A DNA stretch of 60,000 bases from Camelus ferus (Eukaryota), in assembly GCF_009834535.1 (NCBI RefSeq), contig NC_045697.1, positions 76,510,001 to 76,570,000 of the forward strand, written 5' to 3'. The notes under the pieces are model-generated. The model did not search any database. It saw only the letters and a program-made list of their open reading frames with translations, and was not told where the DNA came from. A program made the translations under genes and the position numbers. Positions 51,297 through 60,000 of this stretch are shown one piece after another (within the stretch, counting starts at the first letter, position 1; every line of letters starts with the position of its first letter).

Positions 51297-51807
51297 TATC
51301 AGTAAACAAAGGATATTACAGTCATCAAGCTATCACATTGTGGCCGGTCAGACCACATTGTGGTCGGTGAGCCCTGAGGGAACTCAGGATGGAAACAGGA
51401 TGCCTGCCACCAAGCTCTCAGCCAGTGCTGCCACTCCCAAAGGTGCACCCTGAGGAGACTAAGGATGGGAAAGCACAGGATACTGGCCCTCCCTAGATAG
51501 CTGAGGTGCATATCAAAGAAATGATTTCAATGAGCCTAAACTTTTGCGTGTTCCCAGACATAGGAAAGTGCTAAATTCCTTACCTTGAGATACCTGGTTT
51601 TCTTTAATTAACAGCAATGTTTTGATGTTCCAACTAGCTGGTCTTTTGTTGCACAAACTCCTTTATTACCTGGCTCCCTCTTACCTCTTGGAGCAGTCCT
51701 TTAGAGTGATCTGAGAGGTTGTCTTGGGGCTTGAAGTCCTCAGAATGTCTGCCAAATAAAACATAATTCTCAACTTTTAAGTTGTGCTTTTTTTTTTTCA
51801 GTCAACA
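51297..51807 (+). mobile_element. ERV1-class solo LTR
   Basis: Starts t(a)tcagtaaacaaagga, has internal ccctgagg repeats, ends aaataaaacataattctcaacttttaagttgtgc..cagtcaaca. Confidence 0.8.
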
Positions 51808-51829
51808 CTAAATACTTTTTTTTTTTAGT

Positions 51830-52730
51830 ACCGTTATTTCCCCATATTGATCATGATCAATTGCTCCCATGAGTTAAAGGAACTGCCTTCTTTGTCAGTT
51901 GATTCAGTGGCATGAAGAGAAGGGGGAGCCCAAAGTGGCCAGGTGGCACCTCCATTTCTAGGAGGGATCACTGTTGTGTCTTCTCGTGGAAGGTTTATTC
52001 CCTTTAGAACCAAAACTTCTAGACCAACAGATCCTAAGGTTGTGGAGATAGCAAGCAAAACTTTTTCTAGAGGGTCACTGTGCTTAATAGTGAGAGGAGT
52101 CACTTTCCTCTCCAGCCCTTGATCCCCAGCCCTGTGAATCCTGGCTGTGGGAGAAAGAGCACCATATATTGGTCGTGAATTTAGATCATGTACTGCATTC
52201 TGGAGGGCATCTCTCCAGCTCTACAGAGGCCACACACCATTCTTGTAAGCTAATTGCTTCCAGATGACGGAGAACGTGGGAAGACCAGTGAGCGCTATGA
52301 TCCCCGGCCCTCTTCCACATTTCATGTTCTGCGGAGTGAGTTCCTCAGTCAGAATAGATGCAGTATGTGGTACCACGTCAGTTGAAAATGATTCTGTAGG
52401 TCCACAAATGATGGTAGAAACATTTCAGGCAGGAAAGGGAAATTTGTATCCAGAGTAACTGTCTCCTTCAGTAAAAACAAAGCACTACCCCTTCTATGAT
52501 TAAAGCAATATAACGGAAGCAACCTGTCACGAGGTAGTTGGCTGATTCCCTGGGGAATGGTGCTGTATGGGAGTGTTAGCACACTGGGCACTCAGGAGTG
52601 GCTGCTGCCTGGTTGACCTTGGGGAGTAGAAATCCTTGTTGCTGAGTCTATGCATAACCTCCATTCCTGCTGCTAAGGCCACTTTTTTCATTACCCCATT
52701 GGGCAATAACAGGAGTGACTAGGTGATTGA
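51830..52730 (-). mobile_element. ERVL/MaLR internal remnant: integrase region and downstream dUTPase-like region
   Basis: Reverse strand FVFTEGDSYSGYKFPFPA and DPLEKVLLAISTTLGSVGLEVLVLKG..LP.EDTTVIP resemble ERVL pol C-terminal domains. Confidence 0.8.
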
Positions 52731-54169
52731 GTCTGATGATCACTGGGAAGTTAGTGTTTCTATAAAATCAATCTGTAGAATTGAAACCCTTTAGAAAAGA
52801 AGTATAAATAAAGGAGCAGTTCAGGAAGGGAAAAAAAAAAAAAAAAAAAGAAACAAATTGGAAATCCCAAGATAGATATCATAGGTTAGGAATCTCAGGA
52901 ATATCACAGAGCAACATTTTGGGACTAGTGAAGAATAAAAGCAAATAATTGAATAGATGAAAGGAACGAGTGATTAGTTCTATCTCTCAATCTTCTTTGT
53001 TTCTACCTTTTAAATTCTTTTTGCAGCAAGAAGAATATAAGTATGTGTGAGGCATCAGGGGGTCTGCTTAAAACCAGGGAGTCCTCAGGGTGTTCTGAAG
53101 GAACAAATGTTGGGGGACTGTGGCTCTCTGCAAATCGTTTTTGCTTTCTAAATCTGTATTTTCTGCTCCCACAGCCCCATTTCCACTTCAAATCCTGTCT
53201 TATTATTGCAATTTTCTTCTCTCCAGGGGATGGAAAATGCATTCTGGATTTCTACTTTCCTCGGGGTAGCAATTTATTTCAGGTTCAGAGATGATATTGT
53301 TATTGGTATAAAAAGTAGCAAGGATGCATAAGCCAGCATTTGGTGGCCAATGTCCCATGATATTCAGGTCAATATTACCTAGTAGGATTATTGTGTATTT
53401 GTTACTGCATCACTTGGGTGGGTTTTCCTAATTAATATTTTTGTGTCTGTCACTGACTGATAAACTGTGTTTTGCTTTTGCTTGCTAGTAGTTCAAAGCC
53501 AATTTATCAAAATGACTCATTTCACAACATTTCACTAGCAGATTTAACCATCTATGTCATTGATTACTCTTTTATGCCTCTGACCCCAACATTTATAAAT
53601 GATGTGGAGGAAAAAGCACTGGCCCAGGAGTCAGAGTTATCTTGGTGTCACTCCCAGCTTTGCCTCTAAAGATGTGGGCACCTCATCCAGTAACTCAGCA
53701 TCTATGGCCTTCAGTTTATCCATCAAACAAGGAAGCTGAACCAAATACCCACCCCAAAGAAAATACTAAAAGGGTGTTTTTCAAGAATAAAGGAAAATCA
53801 TTCCAAATGGAAGGAAGAAATGAAGAGCAATAAAAAGTGTGTATATAAAGCTATATCTATATGCCTAAGATTATAGACTTAACATACAAAACAGTAACAT
53901 TCAGAGGGAGACATGAAACAGAGATATTCTGAAGTCTTTGCATTGACCAGAAAGAGGATAAAAATCCCAATCAATATCGCAATGTTGGATTTTAATGAAT
54001 ACGGGCTTGGTTTGCCAGAATTTTGTTTAGGATTTTTGCATATATATAATATATAGTACATATATAGGATAGAATATTATATATATAATCTCTATATATA
54101 AAGTAATTCATTATGAACAAGTTGAGTTAATTTCAGGTTAGTTTCACATTTGAAAATAAATCTGTATTT

Positions 54170-55560
54170 ATCACCTATGTAATTTTCCTGCCAAAAATGT
54201 TTAACATGAATTTAATCATGAGGAAAATTATATAAATTCAAATTGAGAGACATTCTTCAAAACGTCCAACTGGTAGGACTCTTCAAAAATATCAATGTGA
54301 CAAAAGAAAAAAAAACAAGGAAATAGTTTAGATTAAGGGGACTAAGCAGCAGTGACAACTACATGCTATGCAGAATCCTGGATAGGCGTCTGAAGATTTA
54401 AAAAAGGCTATTAGGGACATTACTGACATAATTTAAAATTTGAATATAAATTGTAGATTAGGTAATGTTATGAATTAATGTCAAATGTTCCTAATATGAT
54501 CATTGATTTGTAGGAGAATGTCTTTGTTTTGGGGAAAGGCAAAGTAAAATATTTAGGATGAATTGCCTTAGTGTCACCAATTAAGTTCCAAATGGCTCAA
54601 ATGGCTTGGCCAAAGCCAAAAAGTTCATGTGTAGGTACATAGGTAGAAAAGTAAATGGGGCAAAATATTAAAAATTGGTGAATCCAGGTGAAGGATACAT
54701 GGAATTTGTACTCTTATGAGAAGCTCTCCTGAAAGTTTAAAATTTTTCAAAATAAAAACAGGAAATTATATAGAAGATATTTAAAATACAATAAAAATGA
54801 TATAACAAAATATAAAGTGGCTATTGATGTGGAGGAAATTAACAATGAAATCCAAATGATAAAGTGGCTTTAAAAAAATACGTAATGAAAGGAACTCCTC
54901 AAAGAGGACTGGAATCATTGATGGGCAGTTAGTAAGAAAGGGATCATATACTTAAAAAAGAATAAAGAGATCATTAAAATTGTCACATTGACAGAACAAA
55001 GGAGAAGATCTTATAATCATTTAAATAAATACAAACATCCTTTGGTAAAATTCATGGTCCATTGTCCATTCATGAGAAAAACTTGTAGCAAAGCAGGAAC
55101 TGAAGAGATTATGCCTAATCTTATTAAGGTATTCACACACACACAGACACACACACAGTCTACAGCAAATATCGTGCTTAGCGGTAAAATGTTGAACACT
55201 TTCTCTTTGAGACACAACAATACAAGGGTGTCTGCTCCTATCAGTTTTGGTGATGCCTATATTAGATGTCCTAGCCCATGGAGTAAAACAAAAAGAAAAA
55301 ACAAAAGATATAGAAATCACAAAGAAATAAATGCCACTATTCTCAGGTGATATGATTATATGTGTACAAATCCAAAAGAGTTGACAATTTGTGGAATTTG
55401 CAAGTGAGTTTAGCTAGTTTGCTGAAATCAGTTAATTATGCAAAAATCAGCTGATTCTAAACACCAAGAACAATTAGAAAATAAAAATTTTTACAAAGAT
55501 ACTGTTTACAGTGGCACCAAAATGTACCAAATACCTCTGAATAAAACCTAACAACATTTA
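54170..55560 (+). mobile_element. Old L1 fragments (L1MC-type 3' end and ORF2 remnant)
   Basis: ORF 54988 includes STANIVLSGKMLNTFSLR, resembling the L1 RT motif PTANIILNGEKLKAFPLR; degenerate. Confidence 0.75.
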
Positions 55561-55639
55561 GATTCAGCAAGGAGTAGATCACTTGTTTCAGAGCAATTAG
55601 GAGATGGTGTTGAATTCTCTCCTCTTCTACTTTAGCTTG

Positions 55640-56639
55640 ACGTCTTATCTTGGAAACAGAGCTTTTCTCCTTGCTCTCCCTGAGGAAGCTGCCACTCTGA
55701 TAGGGCCCTGGAATACCTTTCTGAAAGAAGGTGCAGCTGAAGCTCAGAGGTAATACTCTGCAAGAATAGGGTGCCATCCTTCAGAATGCAGTTCTATTCA
55801 GGGACCTCTGCAAGGCACTGTGTCCCAATAGGATCCTGGATCTAACGGGTGAAAGCAGGAATGGCCCCATTGCCATCAACCACTTAGTGGAGAATTTTGT
55901 TCTTGCCATTCCCACAACTTCGAAATCTGCAGGGTTGCAGGCCCTGGTGCCCCAAAGGGTGCACTTTTGCCAAGGGACAAAGCAGGAGTCCTATTAAAAA
56001 ACAAGATACAACTGACATCTGAGCACCTTGGACTCGCTGCGTCTAGGAAGCAGCCGGTGGTCACTGTACTGGCGGGGTTAGTAGATCATGGTCAGCAGGA
56101 GGAGGTAGGGCTGCTGTTCCCCAGTGGGGGAGGGGAGGCGGGAACATGCGTGGAACTCAGACGCTATGCTAGGTGTCCCGTGGTACTCCTTGCGTAATAG
56201 AAACTGTAAACGGACAAGAGCCTCACCCCTGGCCTGAAGAGGGCCTGGCTGCCAGGGCTCACACTCCTTAGGAATGAGGGCTTGGCTCACACCACTACCA
56301 GGGCAGCCGGAAGTCAGAGCTGAGGTGAGCGGCACTTCCACAGTAGGGGAGGGTGGGGAGGATATAGCTCAAGTGGTAGAGTGCCTCCTTAACACGCACA
56401 AGATCTTGGGTTCAATTCCCAGGACTTCCTCGAAACATGAATAAATAAACCTAATTACCGCCCCCCCCCATAGTAGAGGAGGGAGATGATGAGGACCAGA
56501 TGTGGCCCTGAGACTCTTTGAAGTGACAGGAGTCGGAGTTTGCTCCATGAACCTCACTCAGAGGAGAGAGCCATGGGAACCCAAGAGCGTCTCCCCACGA
56601 CACGGGGGCAAGCGGATCCACGCGGCACCCTACGTGAGC
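55640..56639 (+). mobile_element. ERVL-class internal 3' remnant (dUTPase-like region), interrupted by a SINE
   Basis: ENFVLAIPTTSKSAGLQALVPKG and VTVLAGLVDHGQQEEVGLL resemble ERVL/MLT-int sequence. Confidence 0.75.
56354..56468 (+). mobile_element. Camelid SINE, long form, lacking terminal poly(A)
   Basis: ggggaggatatagctcaagtggtagag..gggttcaattccc..aaataaacctaattaccgcccc; TSD ca(c/t)agtag(g/a)ggaggg at 56339-56353 and 56469-56483. Confidence 0.88.
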
Positions 56640-57054
56640 TGTGGCAGGCCTGGGGTGGGCTGCTCAGCCCTCCCTTCAAGTGGGAACCTGTGGTGAGGAG
56701 GGCGGTCGGCTGGCAGACTCCAGCCACGGCAACTCCAAGATCCACCGAAGCTGGGTACGTCGTCCCCGGGAGCTCCCAGCCAGCGAGTCACACCTGCGCC
56801 TGCAGACCGGCCCGGCACCGGAGCTCCCCCACCTGCTGGCGGACTTCCCAGGGCTGCACCTCCGTCTGTGGCTCCCCCTCCTCAAGTCTCCTTTCTGGTT
56901 CCTCTCCTTTCACGGACGTCAGGCCGGAAGTGTGTCCTGGTGAGCCCTTTATCTTCCATAGGCATCACCCCCCCATCCATCTCTGGCACTTCTGCCTTGG
57001 TGTTAGCTGGATCTTGGGGCTCTATCTTGAGTTCCAGGGGACCCAAACTGACAC
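56640..57054 (+). mobile_element. ERVL 3' LTR (LTR33/LTR16-like), CpG-rich
   Basis: TG start directly after the internal remnant; ends gttccaggggacccaaactgacaca. Confidence 0.6.
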
Positions 57055-57177
57055 AGCCTCTTATTTTGACACCACAGAAATGAGGCAGCTCTCAGGAACC
57101 TCACACACAGGCCGTCTCTGTTGTGTTGAGGAAGGAGTCACTTATTTCTCTCTCCTTCTTATTGTAAAAATCTAATT

Positions 57178-57365
57178 CTGGGGAAAGGGGAGGGAGGGAT
57201 GAATTAGGAGTTTGGGATTGGCAGATATACACTACTGTATCTAAAATAGAGGAACCAACAAGGACCTTCTGTATAGCACAGGGAACTGAATCGCTTTGCT
57301 GTACACCTGAAACTAACATAGTAAACCAACCACATTTCAATAAAAGTTTTAAAAAATTTAAAAAA
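57178..57365 (+). mobile_element. L1 3' end
   Basis: ggagggatgaattaggagtttgggattggcagatatac..ctttgctgtacacctgaaactaacatagtaaaccaac..caataaaa. Confidence 0.85.
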
Positions 57366-58404
57366 CGCTAATTTTTATGTAATGAAGAAGAGTGAAGTAC
57401 GTTGAAGAGAAAGCCTTACTTTTCCATTTTCTATTCCTTATACTTGGAGAACTCAGAACTCAGCTCTGGGTCTTCTCCTTCCTGTCATGAACAGTAAGAG
57501 GAGACAGGCAGTTTCTGAGCAGCCCCCCGGAGAACGCTCACAGGTGGGCTGAGCTGGGGCATGGCGAAAGGCCTGACTGTCTTGGAATTATCTTGTTCCC
57601 TAGGACCAAACCACAGAGACCTCTAGACTCTCTCCTCTTCGCCAGCTCCTGGGTACCAATCTCAGCGCTATCCAGTTTGGATCCACAGTCAGTTACATGT
57701 TAATAAAGAGACCTTGCATTTTTGATGGCATTTTGAGTTTATGACAAACTCAGAAAGACAGCTTTTTACGTTTAATTTTCTTCCCAACATCTTTCTCAGC
57801 TATAATGAAACAGCCACAGCAAAATTATTTCTTTTTTTTACAGAACAAAAACCAAAACACAAAGTTTAATAACTATTAGGAGAGCAACAGAGATAATGGA
57901 AAGTCAAGAAAGTCAAATTTCTTCCACTTTCTTCCGCCAAGTGGATGTTTCGTGGAACCAGCACGTTTAACGACAGGCTCGTACCGTTCAGGCTTCCTCA
58001 CTTCCCTTTGCCAATCTCTGGCTAGAAATGTGTGTATCTGTGTGTGTGTGAGCGGGGTGCACAGGCGATCAACTCGATGAGAAGAGGAAGATGGTAAGTG
58101 ACTTGGCAAGGTGACACCGTCTTGAGTAGCCAGAACCCAGGTCTCCTGACTGAACGGTGCTTTGGCTCCTGCTGCTGCTCCAGCCGCATGTTTGAGTGTT
58201 TCTGGGTATATTCCTGTTCCCTCCCCCCACCCCCAGCCCCAGTCCCTGCAGGACCATGAGTAACCTCGTTCCCCAACAGAAGCCCAAATTATTCACACAC
58301 TTCTTCATATTTGCTGCATGTGATTTTTCCCAAATGGCTTTGATTTTGCCACTCCAACCCTAATATTCTCTGCAAGAGAAAACACTTTTCTAGTAAAATT
58401 TTTT

Positions 58405-58836
58405 TGGTTTACATCACCTTCTATTTTATTACAGTCCATAAATATGTATAAATTAAATCATTAAAGAATTCATATCTTATGGCACTAACTCTTCCAAGTT
58501 CAGGAACCTACTGTACTTTGCTTTTTACATTCAAACATGAGAAGTAAAACTGCCAACATTAAGTCAACATTCAATGTGACGCTGAAATTTAGTAGAATAA
58601 ACAAAGTACTTTCAGGAATCTCAGCTCAGGAATTAGGCTAGAGGCTGAACTAATAATCTTGACATGGTTTGATTATCATTTGGGTTATTCTTATTACTCA
58701 TTCACCTTTTTATTTACACATCTGAGTGGAATGCAAATTCTTCCTTTAGAGGGTTCAAGAGAGCTATTAACAGAAGGGACCCTTCCATTCATTCTCTGTA
58801 ACTCTGCTCATTTATGTCTCTGCACATTGCATCCTC
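58405..58836 (-). other. ETNPPL: ETNPPL 3' UTR
   Basis: AT-rich sequence after TGA; AATAAA on the - strand at 58425-58430 and 58709-58714. Confidence 0.75.
58425..58430 (-). terminator. ETNPPL: ETNPPL polyadenylation signal AATAAA
   Basis: tttatt on + strand, ~410 nt past the stop codon. Confidence 0.65.
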
Positions 58837-59010
<174 letters not shown>

Positions 59011-60000
59011 CTACCCAGCCGCCAGCCTCCACAGGGCTGACTCCCCAGGCCAACAGGCGACATGGCACACAGGAGAACACAACACAACACAGCACAACAC
59101 TGTCAGCTGTTCCTCCCCAACCCTGATTGGTATCATCCAGTATCTTCCATAGAAATCTGAAATGCGATGTCAACATAAAATCTGGGACTCTAAGCCAAAA
59201 TTTCAGAAACATATGCTAACTTTGCTAACCCCAAAGTGGGACTTCCAGTGATGAACTCCCTTTTGTGTAAGCTTTGTCTAATGCTTGCTCAGTTCTGACA
59301 GCTGTGATTCTGTGCTAGACCCCACAAGTCATGCTGAGAACAGCAGACAGGAATTGATTTCTAGCACTGGTTTGTGCTGTACCAAGAGACAGAAGCATTC
59401 TGCTAGCAAATCATTTGCTTTCAAAGGGCCTAAAGTTTTTCAATCAAGAAAGGGACTCTGTTGACTACACTGGATGAGCAGGCGGGCTGGAGGCACTGAG
59501 TGTTCCTTTAAGCATCGAAGTCATAAACAAATAACAAATTATGCAACAAAGCCTCTCAAGTTTTTGCCTTGCAGTTTCTGACCCCGGGAGCGTTTTCTCA
59601 CACCCTGGGCAGCTCAGGGAGAGAATGGAGAAGCCTCTGCTGGAAGCACATCAAATGCAGAAACTAGGCCACTCCGTGCCAGACAGTTCCCAGGCCCCGG
59701 CTGCCAGTCAGGGCTTATACTTCACTTCACTTCAGCACCACACTCTGGCGTTCCGGAGCCATGCTGCCGATGCTTTTGCTGATTAAAGACAGTGTGTGAG
59801 ACTTCGAGGCAGGGTCAGGTGGCCCTCCGACACACAGGAAGGAACTTAGGACATTTGCTATTGTCTCTTTATATATTTTGAAGGCCCCCTTTGCAATCTT
59901 GAGGGGTCTTATTTGGTTTTGGAGTTTTTTGTTCTTGTTTTTTTGGTATGGGAATAATCCTGTACGAATGGTCCTTCGGCTTTATTCCTTTCAAGTGGTA

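Overview
Mammalian genomic DNA, most likely a camelid (Camelus/Vicugna/Lama), judging by at least seven copies of a Vic-1-like tRNA-derived SINE. The window holds the complete four-exon OSTC (DC2, STT3A-type oligosaccharyltransferase subunit) gene on the + strand, with a CpG-island promoter; CDS 2199-2337, 6374-6467, 7983-8180 and 12414-12432 give 450 nt, or 149 aa plus stop. The last coding exon and 3' UTR of ETNPPL (AGXT2L1) lie on the - strand near the right end (CDS 58837-58965), missed by the ORF track. The two genes are convergent, matching the human 4q25 arrangement. The ~45 kb between them is transposon-rich intergenic DNA (L1, L2, MIR, MaLR/ERVL/ERV1 LTRs, ERVL internal remnants, hAT-type elements, SINEs); nearly all listed ORFs are spurious. 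I found no convincing new biological system. The most unusual items are mutational scars: a 72-bp segment copied from 19.3 kb away into an LTR, a 39-bp segment repeated 460 bp apart, and a nested composite in which a polyadenylated LTR-plus-flank sequence sits inside a duplicated L1 tail. There are also two inverted (twin-primed) L1s, a tail-less SINE and a poly(A)-only insertion. Repeat family names come from recognition, not a database search, and repeat boundaries are approximate.
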